From Eledone cirrhosa (taxonomy: Eukaryota): a DNA stretch of 64,000 nt. Under the pieces are notes generated by a model, which did not search any database, had not been told where the DNA came from, and was given only the letters and a program-made list of their open reading frames with translations. The stretch covers positions 163,928,001 through 163,992,000 of the forward strand of contig OZ024740.1 of assembly GCA_964016885.1 (NCBI GenBank), in the 5' to 3' direction. Position numbers and translations under genes: made by a program. Shown here piece by piece: positions 23,775-36,792 of this stretch. Numbering within the stretch: position 1 is the first letter of the stretch; each line of letters opens with the position of its first letter.

Positions 23775-23943
23775 TTAGATGGCCGTCGACTCTGCTGAGC
23801 TCCTCCGCCCTTTGCCGGGCCTTGTATTTCATCTTGCGGGTATCCAAATATCACCCTCCTCACCAAGCTAGCTTGGTGGGGTTTAGTCGCCGACGACCCG
23901 ACTATGAGACAGGTTGTACTGGGTTACATATTACCAGTAGCAC
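23775..23943. repeat. Unclassified structured repeat (second copy 61198-61372)
   Basis: Shared ctcctcaccaagc-nn-gcttggtgg hairpin and gtcgccgacgacccgac...gggttacatattaccagtagcac. Both copies abut (TACA)n. Confidence 0.6.
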
Positions 23944-24044
23944 ATACATACATACATACATACATACATACATACATACATACATACATACACACACACA
24001 TACATACATACATACATACATACATACATACATACATACATACA

Positions 24045-24073
<29 letters not shown>

Positions 24074-24075
<2 letters not shown>

Positions 24076-24628
24076 GATATGGGACATGGAAAAGAAGGCA
24101 TGCACAGTAGTGGAAGTTAGCTGTCCATCAGATGCCAATATAACATCAAAGATTAGCGAAAAGGAGAATATTTATGGAGAACTGATGGTATTCCACCCTG
24201 ATTATACCTTCAGATTTATGCCTGTGATTATTGGGGCACTGGGGTATGTTAGTAACTGCCTCAATACAAATCTCGAGAAGCTGGGCTTCACAGGAACAGA
24301 AAGAACACAACTAGTTAGGAAATTACAAGTACAATCCATTAATGGAACAGTAAAAATATGTAAAATATTCCAAACATTTTGCATCTAATAACTGCATATA
24401 CACATGTACAGATACTAAGCATATACACATCCACACATATAACTCAAAACATCCTCATCCACACATACAATAACATCCATGTCTATACATGCATTCAGAC
24501 ATGCATACAGACATGCATACATATCTACCTAGTTGATGTGTAAATTCCAATGAGAGAGTCTTGTGTCAATGCTAGAAACCGACTCTCTCTCTATTGGTAA
24601 AAAAATTGTGAAATTATAAAACCAGAAG
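24074..24628 (+). mobile_element. 5'-truncated R4/Dong-like non-LTR retrotransposon (restriction-like endonuclease C-terminus + 3'UTR)
   Basis: IWDMEKKACTVVEVSCPSDANITSKISEKENIY...PVIIGALGYV resembles the PD-(D/E)xK RLE tail of R4-clade elements. Stop at 24388. (TACA)n at both junctions. Confidence 0.7.
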
Positions 24629-25110
24629 TACATACATACATGGTGGCTGCCAACTCGTTTTCGAGTACGGCCACTACTTTATATACATGTAGGAGAAACC
24701 CTACCGATTCGCTGAACGATTGTGACATTTTAGTCCAGCCTGCGACATGAAAACTCTGGTACAAACACTACACTTGTGACAATTACTGACACATAGTGCT
24801 GGGCCCATGGTACCATGTGACGACAAGTGCAGAGAGATCTCTAGATATAAAGCAATGCCTGTGCCGTGAAGCTTTTATAGTGAGCAAAGGCACTGCACAA
24901 AGCCAGTCCCACTCTCTTAACCAACATGATATTTACCAAAAAGAAGAACAAGTCAACATCATTGGATACCATCAGGGTTGCAGGTGTTATATCAGAGTTT
25001 TCCTTCTCCTAGAATACATACATACATACATGATGGCTGCCCCCTCGTTATCGAGTATGGCCATTGCACGAGAAAAAAAAATATATACACACACATACAT
25101 ACATACATAC

Positions 25111-25141
<31 letters not shown>

Positions 25142-25299
25142 CATATACATATACATACACATATATTAATAACAATAATAATAATAATAACAACAATAAT
25201 AATAACGACAACAACAACAACAATAATATACATATACATATATATATACACACACACGCACACACATAAACATATCTATACACACACACACGATAGCAA

Positions 25300-25845
25300 C
25301 TAACAGCGCTGCGATCGAATGTGGCTTTTTAGCCCAGCCAATGATCTAAAATGTCTTGCACAGAGTCGGCAACCAAAACATTCACTGGGAATAGCCGGCT
25401 GTGGTTGGAGTTCATGTACTTTTGTATGTCGCTTGAGCCCTCCTGCTGATTTACATTCTCTACCACATGCTTGGCAAGCATGATGAGTAGCATCTCCAAC
25501 AGCAGCCTGGTAGTCAACCACTAGTCTTACTTTATGACTGCGAAGATGACTTTCGAGTCCAGCTTTGCTTAGGCAGAGTCTCGCACAGACGCTGCATGTC
25601 AGCACCATAGGAGGACCCTCGCCATCTGGAAGTGCAACAACAATGCCCTTCCTCACACCCCGCTTTACTTTCTCGTATGCGATTCGAGATGCCTCAAAGG
25701 CAACTTTTCCCTCATATACAGTCTTTCTCCATTTATTACGATCAGCAGCAATATTCTCCTATGTATCAGCAGAGATGTTAGCGTCTTTCAGAGAGGCTTT
25801 CAAGGAATCCTTATACCTCTTTTTTGGTTTATGTGGCGACCGTTT
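25300..25845 (-). mobile_element. RTE-clade LINE 3' fragment with three C2H2 zinc fingers
   Basis: RTE C-terminal PKKRYKD..K.SL...A.DR.KW, then CSVC..H..H, CQAC..H..H and CRLC..H fingers. Homologous to 35176-35970. Confidence 0.75.
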
Positions 25846-25942
25846 ATACATACATACATACATACATACATACATACATACATACATACATACATACATA
25901 CATACATAAGTTCTAGTTCTGTAGAAGCCATTCCCCCCCCCC

Positions 25943-25985
<43 letters not shown>

Positions 25986-26090
25986 CAAAATTAATTAAAT
26001 TAAATTAAATTAAGGGAGTCATGTCCAAGACATGCGCCATATCCACCGTAGAATAAACTCAAAGATTCCAATGAATAGTTCCGACCATTT

Positions 26091-26451
26091 TATATAAACT
26101 AGAAATTGATCGACATATATATATATATCCAAAATATACACATGAAACAATCACAGGGGATAATTTGTAAAGTGTGTAATCACACATAGTTAAATCTTCC
26201 CCCTTGCTGAAGATCCTAGATTTGACTACTGTGACTTTACGGATTAATGGTGAAATATATTTCTTTAATGAAATATATACAAGGAGGATTAATCATATTT
26301 TAAAAGGTAATATTTGAAGCTCTAGTTAAAAGTTAAACTTTAATTAGTTACCTCCCTAGCTATGTGTGATTACACACTTTACTAATTATCCCCTGTGATT
26401 GTTTCATGTGTTTATTTTGAATATATATATATGTCAATCAATTTCTAGTTG

Positions 26452-26456
<5 letters not shown>
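26091..26456. repeat. ~100 bp inverted repeat with ~170 bp spacer
   Basis: 26091-26190 is the reverse complement of 26359-26456. The region is flanked by (TA)n. Confidence 0.85.
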
Positions 26457-26478
<22 letters not shown>

Positions 26479-26482
<4 letters not shown>

Positions 26483-26690
26483 AAAGGTAAACAGAAATAA
26501 CAACACAATCGGTACAGTATATGGTACAGTATTAGGTACAGTATTAGGTTAACGCATGATATAGCAGGAAGAGGGCCTTAACATTTCGGACGCTAGTCCT
26601 TCATCAGAAGAAAGAATGAGAAATAAGATAGATTGGAATTGGAAAAAATGTCTTAAGAGGTCCATTCATGTTGACATCTCTGAACACATA
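26479..26690 (-). mobile_element. Non-autonomous hammerhead-containing repeat (Penelope pLTR-like), copy 2
   Basis: Homologous to 3640-3928 and flanked by TA/CA microsatellites. Confidence 0.55.
26576..26611 (-). ncRNA. Minimal type I hammerhead ribozyme
   Basis: Minus strand reads UCUU CUGAUGA A GGAC-UAGC-GUCC GAAA UGUU AAGG, with an intact CUGAUGA/GAAA core. Confidence 0.7.
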
Positions 26691-26707
26691 TATATGTGCG
26701 TGCGTGT

Positions 26708-26842
<135 letters not shown>

Positions 26843-27216
26843 TTTAAAGGAAAACCAAATGCTTTAAAGGGACTTAAAACATCGTTTGTCTTTTTATTCT
26901 ACACACATTTAAGTGATAAGAGGAAGCAATCCATAATCGATAATATCGATTAAATTACATTCCTTCATTATCCCATCAAGTAAAAAAACTCCTCTAGAGT
27001 GATGAATAAAAATAGAAATAAAAATGTATAATATAAGAGGTAATAACATCCACTCATTTTCAAACCGTTCAGACGATATATAAAAGACATAACGTATTTA
27101 CTATTATTATGTTTTTAAACAAATGGGAGAAAACCTATAAATATTGATTGAAAGTAAATGAGTTGTATAAGACGTTCCTAGCAGACTTTAGTTAGAACAT
27201 TGCTTTACAATCAAAC

Positions 27217-27255
<39 letters not shown>

Positions 27256-27891
27256 TTGGTGCTCTGAAATAGCGATATATATATGAATGTATATATAGTG
27301 TATTTTGCAATACACTGTATGCTTAATTAAAACCATTTTGAAGACCATACGCTATTGTTTTAAAATAGTGACAATGTCACTTATTTAAATTTTCAGCAAA
27401 CAGGGGAGATAAACTGACAGAGCCCTGTTTCGTACTTTTTGGTACTTATCAAAGCTCACTACTCCTCCTGTTTGCTGAAAATTATGTGTGTTGGATTCTT
27501 ATAGAATTCCAGTAATAATCAGGAAATGATTATACAGAGCGGTCTCCGGTCCAGCAGAAATTGAAAATTAGAATTGGTGCTCTGAAATAGCGATATATAT
27601 ATATATGAATGTATATATAGTGTATATATAGTGCTGAAAATTTAAATAAGTGACATTGTCACTATTTTAAAACAATAGCGTATGGTCTTCAAAATGCTTT
27701 TAATTAAGCATACAGTGTATTACAAAATACACTATATATACATTCATGCTACATTTCTCGAAGCCATGCGTTGTCATAAAAAAGTATCTCTGGGTGCTGA
27801 AGACAATGGTTACCAGAAAAAGGTATCTTCAAATTTTAAGCGTGATCAGGTTTCTGTGGCTCGATGAGAGTCAGAGAACCATAGAAAGCGT

Positions 27892-29600
27892 TTGTCAGGA
27901 TCTGTAGCAGCACAACTTCCACGTAATGAAATGAGTGATTCAAATTCAAACAATGATGAAAGTGAAGATGAACAGGATCCTGAATTTCAGGCCTCAAACC
28001 CACCTAGAGACAGCTCAAAGTCAGACAAGAAACGAAAAATCCAGCTGGAACACCCAAAGAATCTATTTCAAAGTCTAAAAATTTCTCCAATGGCTGATCA
28101 TTTAAACCTGACACTGGGCCAGAGAACAGCATTTATGGCATCGATTATTTCTGAGGGTGGGTCTGACATAGCCGCCACAACTCTCTCCAAGAATAGTAGC
28201 AGACGTGCAGCTAAGAAGATCAGAACTGTGGGGGTTGAACACATAAAGGAACTATTTGCTGTACCAGACTTTGTTACCTTGCATTGGGATGGCAAAATAA
28301 TTCCTGGTGACCACGAGAGGCTAGGTGTGCTAGTTGCTGGAACTCCGGACTTCAGAGAAGGTAAACTCCTCGGTGTTCCCATAATTCCTGATGGCACTGG
28401 AACCACCCAAGCCAAAGCATCATTTGATCTTGTTAAAAATTGGAATGTTGATGGGTCTGTGGTGGGCTTGGTCTTTGACACAACTGCTTCGAATTCTGAA
28501 TGGAAAAATGATGCCTGCGTGAAACTAGAAGAGATGCTCACAAAAAGGTGTTTTATTTTGCTTGTCGGCACCATGTCATGGAGCGTATCTTGTGTGCAGT
28601 GTGGAAACAACTATTCGGAGCAATGTCCAGTCCAGACACCCCAGAGTTCAAGGAGTTAAAAAAAGATTGGGTGTCACTCACAGACAAGACCAACTTTAAA
28701 ACATTGAACATTGTCGACCGGAGACTCAAGCGTCTGTGTTCTGAGAACATCAAGTTCCTCCAAGATTTGTTGACATCCGACGATGGGAAAATGAGTTCTC
28801 TTCCACGGGACAACTACCAAGAATGTGCCGAGTTGATGTTGACCTTGCTTGGTGTCACGCCTCTTCGTGGAATTCATTGGATGCTGCCTGGTGCACATCA
28901 TAACGCTCGGTGGATGTCCACAATCATCTATAGTGCAAAGATGTATGCATTTGGTGATAAAATAGAAAAGTTGCGCCGGATCTGTATGTTCAATGCTCTG
29001 TTCTACGTGCGATACTGGCTGACAGCAGTCAAGTGTGCTGATGCACCATCCAATGACCTTCAATTCTACGTGGAGTTGACACAGTACAGTAAGGTTGACA
29101 GATATCTCTCGCAGGCAGCCACTACTGCTCTGAGCAGGCATCTTTGGTACCTGATGGAGGAAGCCATTCCGTTAGCGCTGTTTTCAAGTCGGGTCCAAGA
29201 GTCTGAGAAGAAACAAATAGCCCAACGTCTTGTCAAACTGAAAACGTTTGGGCCTCTCGACCGTGGTACTCCAGTATTTCCCGAGTTGAAGTCGTCCACG
29301 AAGCTGCCTCATCTAGTTGGGAAGAAATCAAGGCTTCTGTTCCATCTCCTTGATCCCAACGATACCTGGCTTGAGCTGTCGCCTGCAACTTGGTCATCAC
29401 AAGCGTCATATTAAAATGCCTGTGCTGTTGTTCACAATATCAAGGTAGTCAACGATCTGGCGGAGAGAGCAGTCAAGTTGATAACTGATTTTGTTGCCAT
29501 CACCAAGAATGAGGAGGGGAAGCAATGTGTCCTTCAAGTAGTCGAAGCTCATCGTCGCAAGGTCCCGGATTTCGAAAAAGAAACTCTGAAAAAAATATGA
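27892..29600 (+). pseudogene. hAT-superfamily (hATm-like) DDE transposase, disrupted
   Basis: Motifs LHWDGK, FDTTASNS, ACRHH, H.ARWM, RHLWYL and VVNDLAERAVKL. Frameshift near 28545 and stop at 29412-29414. Possible right end ...ggcacactcta at ~30067. Confidence 0.75.
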
Positions 29601-29673
29601 CTGGAGTTAACTTAACTGAACTTGTTTCTTCCTTATACGCCTTTATATTCAAAGCTGGTTTACTAAATATAAT

Positions 29674-29842
29674 TGTTTCTACTTTAGGCACAAGGCCAGA
29701 AATTACCCAGTGCATTACTGGTACTTTATTTTATCGACCCCGTAAGGATGAAAGGCAAAGTCAACCTCAGCGGGATTTGAACTCAGATCGTAAAGGGACG
29801 TAACTATGCTGGAAAGCATGGCGTCCGACCCTCTACCGATAC
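29674..29842 (-). mobile_element. tRNA-derived SINE (Meta-domain-like) with 13-bp target-site duplication
   Basis: B-box GAGTTCAAATC and core ctttgcctttcatccttacggggtcgataaaataaagtaccag. TSD tactaaatataat at 29661-29673 and 29843-29855. Confidence 0.85.
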
Positions 29843-30178
29843 TACTAAATATAATGGATTAATAAAATAAACAATTATTGTATGGTCATATTTTCATGAT
29901 TTCATGCAACATAATCACACTTTCCACTATAATCACCATGATATAGGCAAGGCTCAAAATAATTTATTTTATACAAAATGTTTTATTTTACCAATTGGGG
30001 CATTTATAATGGGAAAATACACAGGGTGCATTAGTATTGTGACCTTGCTTTTTATGGCACACTCTAATATATATATATATACGGACGCACTCATAAATAT
30101 ACATATATACACATACAGACATACATGCATATACATATATATATAGACATACACATATAACGTACATATATACAGATG

Positions 30179-30252
<74 letters not shown>

Positions 30253-30892
30253 CGAAAACACCTACACTTATGCATATGCCCACATACACGCTCATCCATC
30301 CAAGTAACTATGAAAATATATATAGACAAAAATATCAATAATTATGATTTACATTACTGTTATTAAATTTCACTCACATGGCATGGGTCGACTTGAGGTT
30401 ATGGTAAATGACACTTGCTCAAGATGCCAGGAAGTAGTATCAAACTTGAGGTCTATTGATTGTGAAGCAATGTTCTTAGCCATTCCACCATGCTGCATTC
30501 GTAATGGTTGTGTAAAGGCATGAATAGAAGAGATTTACACATACTCACAAACAACAACAATAACAACCTGAGATGGTAAATGACAACATCCTAAAATGAA
30601 AAACAAAAGAAAAAACAAACAAATAAATTGAGGCCTTGACGGGGGTTGAAAAGGAAACCTTAACTGTCGACAATATGGCACTTGCAAATTTTAAAACTTA
30701 GTTTAGTATTTGGTAGTGCTTCTGTAGAAGCTGAAAACAGCAACATTAATTAGCCACATTTTATCAAAGAAGTTCCTGTAAGGAGAGAATACAATGCGGC
30801 TTCAGTCTCAACCTGAAGCTGTTTCATTTTAATAATGAAGTTCACACTTCTAGTAACGTTTGTTTTTCTCATTATATTGTTCACAGACTTTC

Positions 30893-31115
30893 CTATCAAA
30901 ATAAGAGTTTTTGCATTTAGTTAAAATAGAGCCTCTGTTCTTAGTTGCAATAGAGTCACTCTGCATAGTAAAAACTATGACTACCGTGTCTAGTTAAAAC
31001 AAAGCTGACGTGTCTTACTAAAACATAGCCGATGAGTTTATGAAAATAAAAGTTCTATGCCTAGTAAAAATAGGGGATTTGCACCTAGTCAAAAAGAAAC
31101 ACTAGTCATTAATAT
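30893..31115. repeat. Degenerate ~24-bp-period minisatellite
   Basis: Recurrent TAGTWAAAA-like anchor roughly every 23-25 bp, about 9 units. Confidence 0.5.
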
Positions 31116-32774
31116 AGTATGACTACACCCATATTGGAGCGGTAAATGTGAGGTGTTCGGCGGTTAATTCTGTGAATAACCTAGACATGCCAACCTTTAA
31201 AAACTCAAACGGCGAGTATTTTCACAAGAGAAGACATCTCTCACCCACTCCAAAGTGGTCTGCATAACCATTCAACTTTTATTTAGCCGTTACAATGTAT
31301 TGATATTTTTCGATTTAACATTTTGTCAGTTTTAATTATTCCGATTTGAAAATATTAGCTAACGAGAAAGCCTCTACACGGTTACTCGATATTATAGCAG
31401 TGAAATCTCCCTCAAATTACACTTTACGATATTATAAAAGGATGAATATATTTGATAATACACTATGCCTGAAAACAAGATGTGATGGTCATGGCTAGAA
31501 TACTTGATTATAGTTCAATCTTACCTCGTGCTAGACAACAACTTTAAACTGATAAAACTTACAATTATTTTCATAAATTGAATTCTAAAGGTGGAGTAAA
31601 GTTTGGGAAATCGAATTGGAAAAAATAAAACAAAACAAATTTGAAATCTGGAATATATAAACGAGAAATACAAAAGTTCATTTTCATTTTTTAAGCAGCA
31701 TTTCGATTCGAGATTAGATTTTAGTTCGGTGCCATGGCTTCCTCATCGGTTTCCACGATGAGCCTTCAGTTGGATGAACAACTGAATTCACATGATATTA
31801 ACATGTAAATGGCTGAGTATCCCCAAACACGTGAACGCATAAAGCAATTTTTCAGGCCGAATCAGCGTGATATGATGTGACACAGCTAGATAGTTGAATT
31901 ACAGGTGCAATCCATAGAGAAAGAATCAATGACAGTACTGGACTGGTACGTTATTTATGGATCTCATAAAGATGAAAGCCAAAGTTGACGTCGGCTGAAT
32001 AACAATTCGACTTTAGATTTATCAGTTTAAAATCTACAACCGAGAAAAATAATAAATTCGTAACCAGAAAAGCAAAACCAACAAAGATACTGTAAAATGA
32101 AAAAAATATGTAAATTATTATTTGAACAACGGACAAATATAACGCTTATAAACTAATGATATTTTCTTGGACAGCTGAGACTGTATAACAGGTTCGATTT
32201 CTATCAAGTGATTACTTTTTTATCTGTTTACTAATAAATTACACCTATTTTCTGGCATATTAATAGCACGACCCAAATTATTGAATTTGTTTTGTGTATC
32301 GTTATTAATCTTTCTGTAGACGTTTCCTTTAACTGAAGTTAAATCTCATGGGAGGAGGTGACTAATAAAACATTAAAAAATGTCTGTCTAAATATATAGA
32401 AGACATTGCAAGTGAGAGGTGTCAACTATATCATCTGATCATTTAAACAAATATATATTTTTTAATGTAACAAATACGTCGGAGTATCGCTGTCTGATTC
32501 AGAAGTTCACTGTGTCGAAGGTAAATGGATTTCCAGGCATCTGGGTCTTCAATATATGTTATATTTTACAAAGCCATTTTCAAAAACAAGATTTCACCCT
32601 CTTCTTAATGAAGAAAATAAAGGAGCTGCTCACTTCTGCGTATTCTGGTCATTTCTGCAATGAAAAACACGGCATAGTAATACAATAAACAAACGCCCCA
32701 ATCAGGCAGAGTCTACAAGAAATCAAAACAAACTCACTAAACAATATAAATTGCTGCTCTTTGTCCAGAAGCAA

Positions 32775-33375
32775 TAATAATAATTGTTTCTACTTTAGGC
32801 ACAAGGCCAGCAATTACCCAGTACATTACTGGCACTTTATTTTATCGACCCCGTAAGGATGAAAGGCAAAGTTAACCTCGGCGGGATTTGAACTCAGACT
32901 GTAAAGGGACGTAACTATGCTAGAAAGCATGGCGTCCAACCCTCTACCGATACTGCCAATTCACCAATAATAATTGTTTCTACTTTAGGCACAAGGCTAG
33001 CAATTACCCAGTGCATTACTGGTGCTTTATTTTATCGACCCCGTAAGAAGGAAAGGCAAAGTAAACCTCGGCGGGATTTGAACTCAGACTATAAAGGGCC
33101 GTATCTCTATGCTCCAAAGCATAGCGTCTGACGCTATACCTATACTACCAATCCACAATAATGGTTTCTTATATAGGCACAAGGCCAGCCATTTGGGAGA
33201 AGGGGGAAGTCGATTAAATCGACATCAGTGCGTGACTGGTACTTTATTTTATCGACCCCGTAAGGATGAAAGGCAAAGTTAACCTCGGTGGGATTTGAAC
33301 TCAGATCATAAAGGGCCGTGACTCTATGCTCCAAAGTATGGCGTCCGACCCTCTACCGATACTGCCAATCCACAA
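32775..33375 (-). mobile_element. Three head-to-tail copies of the Meta-like tRNA-SINE
   Basis: Units at ~32784-32963, ~32973-33140 and ~33160-33372, each with B-box and core, joined through (TAA)n tails. Confidence 0.85.
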
Positions 33376-33874
33376 TTATAATATACAGAAAATACATGAT
33401 GAGATATTGTACTCAGTAAAAAGAAGAAAAACTGGAAAATGATGAATATTATATAAAGTTTATCGAATTATGTTTGCTCACCTTATGGAGATAAACAAGC
33501 AAGAAAAAATGACATACGGGTCTCTCAGAATGAGAATCTATGTCAACAATATAGACATCGTAATAAGAAAATTTAAAAATTCGTTAATCCTCTAGATAAA
33601 TAAATAGATTAAAAGGAATTGAAATAAATGCTTTATTAAATGATGCCGCTAAGATATATGGTTATTGTAAGTTGTGTGAATATAAGTCAAATCCCAGTCT
33701 ATTAAATTTCCTTTTTATATTACTTAACCATTCGACTTGTTTATTGCTTCACGGTGGCAAATGTCTGCCTTAATATTCCGCACAGAAATTGCTGATGATT
33801 TTATATATATGACATGGAAGGTTGACTCATGGGATTCTAATTCTCTCCACCTTCTTCTGCTCCCCACTCTCTCT

Positions 33875-34278
<404 letters not shown>

Positions 34279-34516
34279 TGTATGTCATCTCTCTGTCTGT
34301 CTCCCTAGTTGTCAGTTACTCCTGTCTTTTTGTATCTATATGTTTCTTTACGATTGAACTCCCTTACACTGTATATCTATAAATTAATCAGCTTCTTACT
34401 CCATATATATATCTAGCTGTTCCTTTGCAGCAGCTTCCTTTCTATTTTTGTTTTTTCATTTTCATATTTTCATGCTTCAACATCATTGTCCATTGTTAGT
34501 ATATATTTTTCCATAG

Positions 34517-34621
34517 TATACTATGGCCATATACTATGGGGATATACTATGGGGATATACTATGGGGATATACTATGGGCATATACTATGGGCATATACT
34601 ATGGGCATATACTATGGGCAT
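34517..34621. repeat. 14-bp tandem repeat (ggcatatactatgg)
   Basis: About 7 tandem units. Confidence 0.85.
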
Positions 34622-34624
34622 GTG

Positions 34625-34947
34625 GTTAGAATGTCTCAGCAAAGAATCGCTAGACAGATTTTACGGACACGCAACCGACAGGAGACCCAAGGGTAGACCC
34701 CGAGAAAATGTTTGGATAACATCCATGAGCTTGGCTGGTCTGACTTGAGGATCCAGCCGGATCAGATTGAGACGGTTGCCTCTGACAGGACTCGCTGGAA
34801 GGAGTGTTTGAGGACTCTTTCTCCACGACCCTCTTAAGAATAAGTGGGCGAGGAAGAAGAAGAAGAAGAAGAAGAAGAAGAAGAAGAAGAAGAAGAAGAA
34901 GAAGAAGAAGAAGAAGAAGAAGAAGAAGAAGAAGAAGAAGAAGAAGA
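34625..34947 (+). mobile_element. RTE-like LINE 3' end with (GAA)n tail
   Basis: Degenerate RPKGRPR...W.D...RW C-terminal motif followed by a long GAA run (34853-34947). Confidence 0.55.
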
Positions 34948-35175
34948 ATATTTTTTTTCCTGATATTTGCAACGGTTTTTAGGGCGTTGGCTGGCAGAAT
35001 CATTAGGAAATCGGAAATAATATATTGCATCATTTAATTATGTCCCTTTATGCTCCAAATTCACACCCTGTTGACATTAACTTTGTTTTTTTATCCTTCT
35101 GCGGTCGATAAAACAAAGAACTAGTCAAGTACTGGAACTAATACAATCGATTAATCACTCTTTTCAGAACATGAG

Positions 35176-36083
<908 letters not shown>

Positions 36084-36792
36084 TGTATGTATGTATGTAT
36101 GTATGTATGTATGTGTGTATGTGTGTGTGTGTGTGTGTGTGTGCGTGCGTGTGCGTGTGTATACGTATGTATATGTATCTTTTTTATCGTGCAATCGCTA
36201 TACTCGATAATGAGGTGGAAGCCATAGTGTATGTATGCAAGCCTGTATGTATGTATGTATGTATGTATGTACCTTCATAGAGAAATCATCAGAATCAATT
36301 ATATATAACATATAATAAATATTCATTTACCGACCATGTGTGTACGTATCATCTTGGTTCAAGCGTCGAAATGTAGACAAAGTTCATTCTATGGAAGGCT
36401 GGAAATGTAGGAATTATTTAATGGTATTGTTCTCAATAGTTAGTCTGACATGTATTTCCATCACTAGTTTACTGACATTAATATACTATATAATTGATTC
36501 TGATGATTTCTGTACAAAGTTATTGAAAATAATATTCTTTGGAGAATGAAACATGTAAATCAAATAAATAATGCATTAATTGTTGGAACTCGGTGATCTA
36601 TTTCTTGAGTTTATATATGTTCTGTGGTTATATATCTACGATGACCGGAAGTATACTAACTGGATTTACCTCTGCACTATCTTTCACTAATTTGGATATC
36701 GAAAAGACCATATCTGAGCTTTAAATATCTGAATGTCTTATTGTTGTATCATCAACTTATATAATTTACCTCATATATATATATATATATAT

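Larger units (their letters stand above)
23128..25015. repeat. Three dispersed copies of an unclassified ~200 bp repeat (23128-23355, 23543-23745, 24851-25015)
   Basis: Shared gcaatgcctgtg...ccaatcccact...tcaacatcattgga...tcagagttttccttctcctag...ttcactccc. Confidence 0.6.

Noticed and set aside
25300-25656. Host C2H2 zinc-finger gene exon
   Set aside because: It is contiguous with RTE reverse-transcriptase C-terminal sequence and present in a second dispersed copy.
26995-27012. Left TIR of the hATm-like transposon (tagagtgatgaataaaaa)
   Set aside because: It only partially matches the putative right end in AT-rich sequence, and there is no matching 8-bp TSD.
30893-31115. CRISPR-like repeat-spacer array
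   Set aside because: The anchor is only ~9 bp and degenerate, the period is too short, the context is eukaryotic and there are no cas genes.
32400-32770. Possible host exon
   Set aside because: There is no convincing open frame between splice-like sites and no recognisable protein motif.
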